A stretch of 64,000 bases of DNA. Source: Actinomycetota bacterium. Its GTDB lineage: Bacteria; Actinomycetota; Actinomycetes; S36-B12. Positions 1 to 7,836 of the stretch are shown here, piece by piece; within the stretch, counting starts at the first letter, position 1; each line of letters starts with the position of its first letter. Both the position numbers and the translations under genes were made by a program. The DNA is taken from positions 12,384 through 76,383 of the forward strand of contig JAUSNB010000057.1 in NCBI GenBank assembly GCA_030645615.1. Reading direction: 5' to 3'. Below the pieces are notes generated by a model. The model was not told where the DNA came from. It saw nothing but the letters and a program-made list of their open reading frames with translations, and did no database searches.

Positions 1-592
1 GTCCCCAAGGGTGCGCAAGACCGTCAAGCCGACCCTCGAGGTACTGGCAGGCATCCCGACCGTCGTATTCGGCTTCTTCGCGCTGGAGTTCCTTACCCAG
101 GTCGTGCTGGTCAAGATCTGGCCCGACATCGACATCTTCAACGCGCTCTCCGCCGGCCTGATCATGGGCGTCATGATCATTCCCACCATCGCATCGCTCT
201 CCGAGGACGCCATGTCCGCGGTGCCGTCGGGCATGCGCGACGGCTCGTATGCGCTCGGCTCATCGAAGCGCCAGACAGCCATGTTCGTGGTGATCCCCGC
301 TGCACTGTCGGGCATCGTGGCCGCTTTCGTCCTGGGCATCTCGCGAGCCATCGGCGAGACGATGATCGTGACTATCGCCGCCGGACTGCAGCCCAACCTC
401 TCCTTCAACCCGCTGGAGGGGATGCAGACCATGACGTCGTACATCGCCGCGGCCGGTTCGGGTGACCTCTCGACCGGGAGCATCGAGTACAAGTCGATCT
501 TCGCCGTTGGCCTGCTGCTGTTCATCATCACGTTCTTCATGAACACCATCAGCATCGGGCTGGTCCGCAAGTTCCGGCAGGTGTACCAGTGA
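1..592 (+). CDS. pstC: Phosphate ABC transporter permease PstC, C-terminal part (5' end lies upstream of the window)
   Basis: The frame is open from base 2. The ORF 11..592 translation is polytopic and has the ABC-permease EAA-type loop (SRAIGETMIVTIAAG). It is followed by pstA-pstB-phoU and shares a GTGA start/stop overlap with pstA. Confidence 0.85.
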   Translation, partial: SPRVRKTVKPTLEVLAGIPTVVFGFFALEFLTQVVLVKIWPDIDIFNALSAGLIMGVMIIPTIASLSEDAMSAVPSGMRDGSYALGSSKRQTAMFVVIPAALSGIVAAFVLGISRAIGETMIVTIAAGLQPNLSFNPLEGMQTMTSYIAAAGSGDLSTGSIEYKSIFAVGLLLFIITFFMNTISIGLVRKFRQVYQ

Positions 593-1482
593 GCACGGAC
601 ACGGAACTCACCGACATCGTCGGCGGACTCCAGAGCAAGGGAACGCCTGTTCGGGACCGCATCTTCATGTGGGCGCTGCTCGTCACGCTCTTTATCGCGA
701 TTTCGACACTGCTGGTGCTGATCGCCTACGTCACGATCAAGGGCTGGCCCCGCCTTGATCCGAAGCTGTGGCAGAACATGCCCTCGATCCGCCGACCCGA
801 GAACGCGGGAGCCCAGTCCGCGATCATGGGGACCCTGTGGGTGATCAGCCTCACGGCGCTTTTTGCTCTGCCCACCGGGATCCTCGCGGCGCTGTATCTG
901 GAGGAGTTCTCCCACCCGGACAGCAAGTTCCAGCGGTTCGTCGAGGTGAACATCCAGAACCTCGCGGCAGTTCCCTCGATCGTCTACGGCATCCTCGGCC
1001 TGGCCGTCTTCGCGAGGGCCATGGCTCTGGGCCAGACGGTCATCACCGCCTCGTTGACATTGGCCCTGCTGATCCTGCCGGTCCTCATCATCTCGACTCG
1101 TGAGGCCCTGAGGGCAGTGCCACGCAACATCCGCGACGGCTCGCTGGCCCTCGGCGCCACCGAATGGCAGACCGCGTGGAAGCAGACCCTTCCCGCGGCC
1201 ACCCCGGGCATCGCCACGGGCATCATCCTGAGCCTCTCCCGAGCGATCGGTGAGGCCGCCCCGCTGCTGCTCTTGGGCGCGGTCACCTTCATCACCTTCA
1301 ATCCGACCGGCCCGCTCTCCGGTTACACGACGCTCCCGATCCAGATCTACAACTGGACAAAGGACTCCCGTGAGGAGTTCCAGATCCTCGCCGCCGCGAC
1401 GATCGTCCTGCTCCTGGTGATCCTGCTGCTGATGAACTTCACGGCCATCTGGATCCGCAACAAGACGCAGAAGCGCTGGTAG
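589..1482 (+). CDS. pstA: Phosphate ABC transporter permease PstA
   Basis: 297-aa polytopic protein with the permease loop LSRAIGEAAPLLLLG. It sits between pstC and pstB. Confidence 0.9.
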   Translation: MSTDTELTDIVGGLQSKGTPVRDRIFMWALLVTLFIAISTLLVLIAYVTIKGWPRLDPKLWQNMPSIRRPENAGAQSAIMGTLWVISLTALFALPTGILAALYLEEFSHPDSKFQRFVEVNIQNLAAVPSIVYGILGLAVFARAMALGQTVITASLTLALLILPVLIISTREALRAVPRNIRDGSLALGATEWQTAWKQTLPAATPGIATGIILSLSRAIGEAAPLLLLGAVTFITFNPTGPLSGYTTLPIQIYNWTKDSREEFQILAAATIVLLLVILLLMNFTAIWIRNKTQKRW

Positions 1483-1485
1483 ACA

Positions 1486-2397
1486 ATGGCAACGGACCTG
1501 CATGACCCCCACCATGACCTCCAGGAGGCAGGCATGACCACCCCGAACCAGCCCGGGATCCGCCTTGCGGTGTCCGCGCCGGGCATGGCGGAGGCCTCCA
1601 TCCTGGACTCCGACATCGACAAGACCGAGGTGTTCCGGCTCGATGACGTCACGGTCCGCTACGGCGACTACCGGGCCATTCGCAACGTGTCACTCGAGGT
1701 CTACAAGAACGAGATCACGGCGTTCATCGGTCCCAGCGGCTGCGGCAAGTCGACGCTCCTGCGTTCGTTCAACCGGATGAACGACCTCATCCCAGGGGCA
1801 CGCGTCGAGGGAACCATGACCTATCACGGCACGGACCTCTACGGGCCGAAGGTCGACCCGATCGAGGTCCGTCGGCGGATCGGGATGGTGTTCCAGAAGC
1901 CAAACGTGTTCCCCAAGTCCATCTACGACAACATCGCGTATGGTCCCAAGGTTAACGGGATCAAGGGGAAGATGGACGACCTGGTCGAGGAGAGCCTCAC
2001 CAAGGCGGCGCTCTGGGACGAGGTCAAGGATGACCTCAAGAAGAGCGCCTATGCCCTGTCCGGCGGGCAGCAGCAACGACTGGTGATCGCCCGCTGCATC
2101 GCCGTGCGCCCCGAAGTGATCCTCATGGACGAGCCGTGCGCGTCCCTGGATCCGATCGCCACAGCGAAGATCGAGGACCTCATGAAGGAACTCGCTGTCG
2201 ACTACACGATCGTGATCGTCACCCACAACATGCAGCAGGCTGCTCGGGTGTCCGACCGCACGGCCTTCTTCACTGCCGAAGTCGATGCGGACGAGGTCCG
2301 GCACGGGAACCTGGTCGAGGTCGGCAGCACGAACGCGATGTTCACCAACCCCCGTGATCCGCGCACGGAGGACTACATCTCCGGCCGGTTCGGCTAG
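1486..2397 (+). CDS. pstB: Phosphate ABC transporter ATP-binding protein PstB (start uncertain; internal ATGs at 1534 and 1585 are alternatives)
   Basis: Walker [10 protein letters not shown], signature LSGGQQQR, Walker B ILMDEP, and a PstB-type C-terminus ([18 protein letters not shown]). Confidence 0.93.
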   Translation: MATDLHDPHHDLQEAGMTTPNQPGIRLAVSAPGMAEASILDSDIDKTEVFRLDDVTVRYGDYRAIRNVSLEVYKNEITAFIGPSGCGKSTLLRSFNRMNDLIPGARVEGTMTYHGTDLYGPKVDPIEVRRRIGMVFQKPNVFPKSIYDNIAYGPKVNGIKGKMDDLVEESLTKAALWDEVKDDLKKSAYALSGGQQQRLVIARCIAVRPEVILMDEPCASLDPIATAKIEDLMKELAVDYTIVIVTHNMQQAARVSDRTAFFTAEVDADEVRHGNLVEVGSTNAMFTNPRDPRTEDYISGRFG

Positions 2398-3101
2398 TGA
2401 AGGGGCGCGACATGACGGGAAGGGAGACGGTCTTGCGGACCGCGTACCACACGAAGCTCGAGGAGCTTCGCGGCGATCTCGTGCGCATGTGCGACATGGT
2501 GGCGGGAGCCATGGGGCAGGCGACCACGGCGCTGCTGGAGGCAGACCGCGAACTGGCTGAGGTCGTCATCGGCGGTGACACGGAGATCGACCTGCTCACG
2601 GAGGCGATCGAGGGTCACTGCACCGAACTGCTGGCCCTTCAGGCTCCAGTCGGACACGACCTCAGGGCTGTCGTCGGGGCACTTCGGATCTCGGCGTCCC
2701 TTGAGCGCATGGGGGACCTCGCCGAGCACGTCGCGAAGCAGGCGCGCCTTCGGTCGCCCAGGCATGTCGTTCCGCAGGAGCTGACGCCGGTGTTCGCTGA
2801 CATGGGGCGCATGGGGGAGTCCATCGCCCGCAAGGCCGGGGAGGTGATCGACTCCCAGGATCTGTCCAAGGGGGGCGAGGTCGAGGCCATCGACAGCAAG
2901 GTGGATGCCCTTCACGCCGATCTCTTCTCGACGTTGCAGGACCCCGCCTGGGCATACGGGAACGAGACCCTCGTCGACCTGACGCTTCTCTCCCGGTACT
3001 TCGAGCGATTCGCAGACCACGCCGTGTCGATCACGCGTCGCGTGGTCACCGTGACGACCGGTGAGCCCTACGTTGGGGTTCGGCTCGAGGACCCTCGCTG
3101 A
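2397..3101 (+). CDS. phoU: Phosphate signalling regulator PhoU (GTG 2397 or ATG 2412)
   Basis: Two-repeat PhoU architecture with the ERxGDxAxxIA-like motifs SLERMGDLAEHVAK and YFERFADHAVSI. It lies immediately after pstB. Confidence 0.9.
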   Translation: MKGRDMTGRETVLRTAYHTKLEELRGDLVRMCDMVAGAMGQATTALLEADRELAEVVIGGDTEIDLLTEAIEGHCTELLALQAPVGHDLRAVVGALRISASLERMGDLAEHVAKQARLRSPRHVVPQELTPVFADMGRMGESIARKAGEVIDSQDLSKGGEVEAIDSKVDALHADLFSTLQDPAWAYGNETLVDLTLLSRYFERFADHAVSITRRVVTVTTGEPYVGVRLEDPR

Positions 3102-3105
3102 TTGG

Positions 3106-3351
3106 CTAGTTCGGACTGGCGGACGTGAGCAGGTCGCGCAGTTCCGACGGCTGGGGGACGCGGCCGGAGACGACGACCTTCTCGTCGATGACCAGCGCGG
3201 GCGTGCTCATCACGCCGTAGCCCATGATCTGGCCGTAGTCCTCGACCTTCTCGATGGTGGCGTCGAGGCCGAGCTCGGCGATGGCGTCCTTCGTGACGCG
3301 CTCGAGGTTCTTGCAGTTCGTGCAGCCGGGGCCGAGGACCTTGATGATCAT
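3106..3351 (-). CDS. Small thioredoxin-fold protein (redox-active disulfide protein 2 type), CxxC = GCTNC
   Basis: 81 aa beginning MIIKVLGPGCTNCKNL, ending in a beta-alpha-beta thioredoxin-like C-terminal half. It lies 28 nt downstream of the permease gene on the same strand. Confidence 0.8.
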   Translation of the reverse strand: MIIKVLGPGCTNCKNLERVTKDAIAELGLDATIEKVEDYGQIMGYGVMSTPALVIDEKVVVSGRVPQPSELRDLLTSASPN

Positions 3352-3379
3352 GGCGTTCTCCTGTGTCGGGTCGGTGGTG

Positions 3380-4432
3380 TCAGGCGAGGATGAAGTTGAA
3401 CAGGTAGCCGATGGCGATGATGCCGCTCCCGACGACCGCGATGAACAGGGCGAGGAGCTGGGGCTTGAGGACGCGTCGGAGCAGGATCATCTCCGGCAGC
3501 GAGAGGGCGACGACGGCCATCATGAAGGCGAGGAGGGTGCCCATGGGCAGGCCCTTCTCGTACAGGGCCTGGACCATGGGCATGATGCCCGCGGCATTGG
3601 AGTACAAGGGGATGCCGATGGCGACGGCGATCAGGACGCCGAAGGTGCTGCCTGGCCCGGCATAGGTGGTGAAGAAGTCGGTCGGGACCCAGCCGTGGAT
3701 GACGGCGCCCAGGCCGATCCCGACGAGCAGGTACGGCCAGATCTTACGCAGGATGGTGGCGGCTTCCTCGATGCCCATCTGGATCCGCTGCTCCATGGTC
3801 AGCCCGGCGGCCGGATCGATGGACTGGCCGCCGAGGGTGGTCTCGAAGACGAAGGGCTCGACCCACCGCTCGGCCTTCACCCGGCCGAGGATCCAGCCCG
3901 CCACGATGGCGACGGTGAGGCCGGCGACGACGTAGATGGCCGTGACCTTCCACCCGAAAAGGGTGAGCAGCATGCCGATGGCTATCTCATTGACCAGGGG
4001 GCTGGCAATGAGGAAGCTCATCGTCACCCCGAGGGGGACGCCGGCGGCGACGAAGCCGATGAAGGCCGGCACGGCGCTGCACGAGCAGAACGGGGTGATC
4101 ACGCCCAGCCCCGCAGCCATGACGTTGCCGACACCTTCGCGCTTGCCGCCCAGCAGCGCTCGCGTGCGTTCCACGGACATGAAGGAGCGAAGCACCGTGA
4201 CGATGAAGATGATGCCGACGAGCAGCAGGGCGATCTTGGCGGTGTCGTACAGGAAGAAGTGGATCGTCTCGGTCGCCCGTGACAACGGGTGCAGCCCGAG
4301 TGCGCCGTACAGGACCCAGTCCCACACGTGCTCGTTGAGCAGGTAGAGGCCCACCCATGCCATTGCCGCGCCGACGAGACCCCAGACCTGCCCGCGACGG
4401 GTGGTGGGGACGTGGTCGACAAGGAGTGACAT
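3380..4432 (-). CDS. Polytopic permease of the COG0701 / DUF318 (ArsP-like) type with a TPFCSCS motif
   Basis: 350 aa with many hydrophobic segments. The conserved cysteine motif is GVITPFCSCSAVP. Its partner thioredoxin-fold gene lies downstream and an ArsR-type regulator is divergent. Confidence 0.8.
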   Translation of the reverse strand: MSLLVDHVPTTRRGQVWGLVGAAMAWVGLYLLNEHVWDWVLYGALGLHPLSRATETIHFFLYDTAKIALLLVGIIFIVTVLRSFMSVERTRALLGGKREGVGNVMAAGLGVITPFCSCSAVPAFIGFVAAGVPLGVTMSFLIASPLVNEIAIGMLLTLFGWKVTAIYVVAGLTVAIVAGWILGRVKAERWVEPFVFETTLGGQSIDPAAGLTMEQRIQMGIEEAATILRKIWPYLLVGIGLGAVIHGWVPTDFFTTYAGPGSTFGVLIAVAIGIPLYSNAAGIMPMVQALYEKGLPMGTLLAFMMAVVALSLPEMILLRRVLKPQLLALFIAVVGSGIIAIGYLFNFILA

Positions 4433-4450
4433 GGGTGGGCCTCTCGTGCC

Positions 4451-4582
4451 TCAGCAGCAGGACGAGGCGGCGGCGTCCTTGGGTGCGTCGCCGCAATCAC
4501 AGTTGCATCCGCAGCCCTGCGCGGAGGCCTCGGGGGCGTCGGTGGTCGTGTCGGTGGTCGTGTCGGTAGGCGTGGCGCTCAT
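4451..4582 (-). CDS. Unlisted 43-aa Cys-rich mini-protein MSATPTDTTTDTTTDAPEASAQGCGCNCDCGDAPKDAAASSCC
   Basis: ATG at 4582..4580 is preceded by AGGAGG with a 5-nt spacer. The TGA at 4453..4451 lies 18 nt before the permease ATG. 37 of 42 third codon positions are G/C, as in genuine genes here. In the ORF track it is hidden as the C-terminal tail of a spurious 234-aa ORF. Confidence 0.55.
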   Translation of the reverse strand: MSATPTDTTTDTTTDAPEASAQGCGCNCDCGDAPKDAAASSCC

Positions 4583-4605
4583 GCAGACCTCCTGGGTAGG
4601 TATTC

Positions 4606-4668
4606 GACGTGTGTCTAAATCAATAGTCGCGACCTCTTGGACGTATGTCAAGTAGGTGCGATAGTTGA
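4606..4668. promoter_or_regulatory. Divergent promoter/operator region of the ArsR-type gene and the Cys-peptide operon (repeat-bearing, locally AT-richer)
   Basis: Direct repeat GACGTGTGTC (4606..4615) / GACGTATGTC (4640..4649). Inverted pair TCAATAGTCGC (4620..4630) / GCGATAGTTGA (4658..4668, reverse complement TCAACTATCGC). Internal palindrome GTCGCGAC. Confidence 0.3.
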
Positions 4669-4672
4669 CCCC

Positions 4673-5032
4673 ATGCCGAAGACCCTGCCCATGCTCACCG
4701 ACACCTCCCCGATCTGCTGCACCCCCCTGGGCGCGAGCACGGCCCTGACCGAGGCCGATGCGCTGGGGCTGGCGATAAGGCTCAAGGCGCTCGCGGACCC
4801 AACCCGGCTGCGTCTGCTCGGATACATGCTCGACCAGCCCGAGCAGGAGGCCTGCACGTGCGAGATGGCCCCGTACGTGGGCCTGTCCGAGCCGACGGTC
4901 AGCCATCACCTTAAGACGTTGGAGAGCGCCGGGCTGGTCACCAAGGAGCGTCGCGGGATGAGCGTGCACTACCAGGTGGTCCCCGAGGCCATCCACGCGA
5001 TCGCGAAGGCCCTGCACCTGCAGTGCTGCTGA
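4673..5032 (+). CDS. ArsR/SmtB-family metal(loid)-responsive repressor with three cysteine pairs
   Basis: Winged-HTH core LADPTRLRLLGYM...VSHHLKTLESAGLV. CTC lies in the position of the ArsR ELCVCDL site (EACTCEMAP). There is also an N-terminal ICC and a C-terminal QCC. ATG 4673 is preferred over TTG 4637. Confidence 0.85.
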   Translation: MPKTLPMLTDTSPICCTPLGASTALTEADALGLAIRLKALADPTRLRLLGYMLDQPEQEACTCEMAPYVGLSEPTVSHHLKTLESAGLVTKERRGMSVHYQVVPEAIHAIAKALHLQCC

Positions 5033-5045
5033 GCGGCGGAGGCGG

Positions 5046-5768
5046 TCAGCCGCTGGCGCGAGGACCGTGGTGGATGGGGTCGGGCAGGTCGAGCGGCTCG
5101 GCGGCGCCCGGCCTCGGGTAGAGGTACTCGGTGAGCAGCGCGCCGATCGCGGCACCCACGACCTGGAACACGATGAACATCGGCACGTCGGCCGGGGCGA
5201 TGCCTGAGAACGAGTCGGTGAGGCTGCGACCGATGGTCACGGCGGGATTGGCGAACGACGTCGATGACGTGAAGAAGTAGGCCGCCCCGATCCAGGCCGG
5301 CACCAGCGCCGGGCCGAGGTGGCCGCGCCCCGTCCGCGTCAACGCACCGATCACGAGCAGCAGGCCCGCGGTCGCAACGACCTCGCCGAGCCAGACCGGC
5401 CCGCCCTCGCGCACGTTCGCGGACACATCCCAGGCCGGCAGGCCGAACATCGCATCGGCGAGCGCGACGCCACCGAGTGCGCCGAGGACCTGGGCGGCGA
5501 TGTACAGCACGCCCTCGCCCGCGGGCATCTCGCGGCGGGCCAGCTCGACGCCGGTCACGACCGGGTTGAAGTGCGCGCCGGAGATCGGGCCGAGCATCCA
5601 GATGAGCACGCCGAGGGCGGCGACGGTGGCGAGGGCGTTGATGAGCAGGACGACGGCGAGGTCGTCGGACAGCAGCGTGCCCATGATCCCCGAGCCGACC
5701 ACGGTGGCGACCAGGAGCCCGGTGCCGAGGAATTCCGCAACGGCGCGGCGGGGGAGCGGGGACGTCAT
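5046..5768 (-). CDS. MIP-family channel (aquaglyceroporin-like, probable arsenite/solute channel)
   Basis: 240 aa from ATG 5768. The two half-helix signature boxes are SGAHFNPVVT (NPV instead of NPA) and FANPAVT. The longer ORF-track N-terminus is R/S/W-rich and spurious. Confidence 0.85.
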   Translation of the reverse strand: MTSPLPRRAVAEFLGTGLLVATVVGSGIMGTLLSDDLAVVLLINALATVAALGVLIWMLGPISGAHFNPVVTGVELARREMPAGEGVLYIAAQVLGALGGVALADAMFGLPAWDVSANVREGGPVWLGEVVATAGLLLVIGALTRTGRGHLGPALVPAWIGAAYFFTSSTSFANPAVTIGRSLTDSFSGIAPADVPMFIVFQVVGAAIGALLTEYLYPRPGAAEPLDLPDPIHHGPRASG

Positions 5769-5787
5769 GGCGGGTCCTCTCGGGGGG

Positions 5788-5826
5788 TTGACAGCGCAGA
5801 GTACCTCAATAATCATTGACTCAATG
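5788..5826 (+). promoter_or_regulatory. Candidate promoter plus ArsR-type operator overlapping the start of the ArsR-ArsC fusion gene
   Basis: TTGACA (5788..5793), a 17-nt spacer, then AATCAT (5811..5816), 7 nt before ATG 5824. TCAAT/ATTGA half-sites at 5806..5810, 5815..5819 and 5821..5825 form TCAATAATCATTGA and the perfect palindrome CATTGACTCAATG. Confidence 0.35.
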
Positions 5827-6546
5827 AACCTTGAAGCGAAGCGCGACCAGGTGCCTGAGCCGCCGGCCGAACGCGCCCGTCGGGCCCGCGTGCTCGCGGC
5901 GCTGGGCGACCCGACCAGGCTGGCCGTGGTCGACCTGCTCCAGGTCCAGGACCTCTCCCCGGACGCCCTCGCGGCAGCGCTCGAGGTCCCGGGCAACCTC
6001 CTCGCCCACCACCTGAAGGTGCTCGAGTCAGCGGGGGTCGTGAATCGGCACCACTCCCAGCGGGACCGTCGCCGCACCTACGTCCGGCTGCTGCCGGACT
6101 CGCTTGAGGGGCTGCTGCCGGCGGCTTCGGGCACGCCCGCCGCCCGCGTGGTGTTCGTCTGCACCCACAACTCCGCCCGCTCGGTGCTGGCGGAGGCGTT
6201 GTGGCAGTCGGTGAGTGACGTCCCCGCCGCGTCGGCGGGCTCCGAGCCTGCCGAACGGGTGAACCCGCAGGCGCTGGCCGCGGCCGCGCGGGCCGGCCTG
6301 GCGGTGGCGAAGTCCCGGCCCGAGTCTGTCGAGGACGTCCTTCGGGCCGGCGACGTCGTCGTGACCGTGTGCGACGCCGTAAACGAGTCGCTCGACATCC
6401 CGCCGCACCTGCACTGGTCCGTGCCCGACCCCGCTGCCATCGGCTCGCCCGCGGCATTCGACGAGGCGATCACCGACCTCCGCGAGCGGGTCACCTTCCT
6501 TGCTCCTCGCATTACGCAAACCCATCCCAGAAGGGCACCACGATGA
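5824..6546 (+). CDS. Fusion protein: ArsR-type winged-HTH domain + low-molecular-weight phosphatase-type arsenate reductase domain
   Basis: The N-terminal half has LGDPTRLAVVDLL...LAHHLKVLESAGVV. The C-terminal half has the CX5R(S/T) P-loop VFVCTHNSARS and the ...VTVCDAV...HWSVPDP pattern. ATGA overlap with the next gene. Confidence 0.8.
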   Translation: MNLEAKRDQVPEPPAERARRARVLAALGDPTRLAVVDLLQVQDLSPDALAAALEVPGNLLAHHLKVLESAGVVNRHHSQRDRRRTYVRLLPDSLEGLLPAASGTPAARVVFVCTHNSARSVLAEALWQSVSDVPAASAGSEPAERVNPQALAAAARAGLAVAKSRPESVEDVLRAGDVVVTVCDAVNESLDIPPHLHWSVPDPAAIGSPAAFDEAITDLRERVTFLAPRITQTHPRRAPR

Positions 6547-7196
6547 CCGACACCCACCCGCACGACGACATCCCGCTCGAGCACCTCGTCGTGCTGCGGT
6601 CCTCCTCGGCCCTGCTGCAGCGGGAGTTCGAGGGCACGTTCGGCACCGAGACGATCGAGCGGTTCCTGCACTCGTCCTACGACGACTTCGGCGCCCGGCT
6701 GACGAACGACCGCTACCTCACCACCTTCGCCGAGCGGTTTGCCCGCGAGCGGCTCAACGCCTTGGCGCGGGTCGAGGGCAAGAGCGACGACGGGCGGCCG
6801 ATCGTGCTCTTCCTGTGCACCCACAACGCCGGTCGGTCGCAGATGGCCCTGGGCTTCTTCCGCGCGCTGGCCGGCGACCGCGCGCTCGCGTGGTCCGGCG
6901 GGTCGGAGCCCGGGAACCAGGTGAACCCGGCAGCGGTGGCCGCGATGGCCGAGCTGGGGATCGACATCTCCGGTGAGTACCCCAAGCCGTGGACCGACGA
7001 GATCGTCCGTGCGGCCGATGTCGTCGTGACCATGGGATGCGGCGATGCCTGCCCGGTGTTCCCGGGCAAGCGCTACGAGGACTGGGTCCTCACGGACCCG
7101 GCCGGGCTCGATGTCGATTCGGTGCGGCCGATCCGCGACGAGGTCAAGGCGCGCGTCGAGGATCTGCTGACCCGTCTGGACGTACCGGTCGGCTGA
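6543..7196 (+). CDS. arsC: Arsenate reductase, LMW-PTP / thioredoxin-coupled type, with an ~85-aa N-terminal helical extension
   Basis: P-loop LFLCTHNAGRS plus the resolving cysteine pair in VVTMGCGDACPVFPG...DWVLTDPA. The N-terminal ~85 aa has no phosphatase motifs. Confidence 0.85.
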   Translation: MTDTHPHDDIPLEHLVVLRSSSALLQREFEGTFGTETIERFLHSSYDDFGARLTNDRYLTTFAERFARERLNALARVEGKSDDGRPIVLFLCTHNAGRSQMALGFFRALAGDRALAWSGGSEPGNQVNPAAVAAMAELGIDISGEYPKPWTDEIVRAADVVVTMGCGDACPVFPGKRYEDWVLTDPAGLDVDSVRPIRDEVKARVEDLLTRLDVPVG

Positions 7197-7247
7197 GGAC
7201 TCGCGGCTCGTCACAAGGCCGCCAACCGGGATGGGCCGGACATGGAG

Positions 7248-7284
7248 CCGGGACGCGCCGCCGGAGGATGGTGGCGCGTCCCGG
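7248..7284. terminator. Bidirectional hairpin between convergent arsC and the dsrE-like gene
   Basis: Perfect 12-bp stem CCGGGACGCGCC (7248..7259) / GGCGCGTCCCGG (7273..7284) with a 13-nt loop. No U-tract, as is common in high-GC actinobacteria. Confidence 0.5.
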
Positions 7285-7301
7285 AGCCTGGGACCTTCCG
7301 G

Positions 7302-7811
7302 TCAGATGAACAGCAGCTGGGCGCCGTCCGTCATCTCGATGAAGTCGCTCGCACTGATGATCCCGTCGACGCCGTCCCAGAGGTCGTCCTTGGTCAGGTG
7401 GTTCATGTCGGCGCTGAGCCGGCAGGCCCACACGTGCCCGCCCGAGCCCTTGATGAGTTCGAGGAACTCCGGCACCGGCGGGATGTCGAGGGCGTCCATC
7501 GACTTCTGCATCATGCGGGTCGCCATCTTGGTCATCCCGGGCAGCGGGGTCAGTGCCATCGGCATGTGTGCGGCAGTGTTGCCGACGGGGGTGAACTTCA
7601 GGCGTTCCATCCGGCCTTTCGTGATCATGTCGAAGCCCCAGAACGTGAAGAACAGGTGCAGTTCGACGCCCTCGCCCAGTGCGGCGTTGCCGAGGATCAG
7701 GCCCGGGTAGGCCATGTCGAGGTTGCCCTTGGAGCAGATGATGGCCAGCTTGCGATAGGAGTTGTCATCGTCATCGAAGCTCGGGACGATCATGTCCTGC
7801 GTTGCGGTCAT
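7302..7811 (-). CDS. DsrE/DsrF-family sulfur-relay protein (DsrE3-like)
   Basis: 169 aa from ATG 7811. Rossmann-like DsrE pattern KLAIICSKG...FFTFWG and a candidate active-site Cys in GGHVWACRLS. It is the last gene of the sqr-tusE-dsrE string. Confidence 0.75.
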   Translation of the reverse strand: MTATQDMIVPSFDDDDNSYRKLAIICSKGNLDMAYPGLILGNAALGEGVELHLFFTFWGFDMITKGRMERLKFTPVGNTAAHMPMALTPLPGMTKMATRMMQKSMDALDIPPVPEFLELIKGSGGHVWACRLSADMNHLTKDDLWDGVDGIISASDFIEMTDGAQLLFI

Positions 7812-7836
7812 GGCAGTGCCTTTCAGGGGATGGGGG

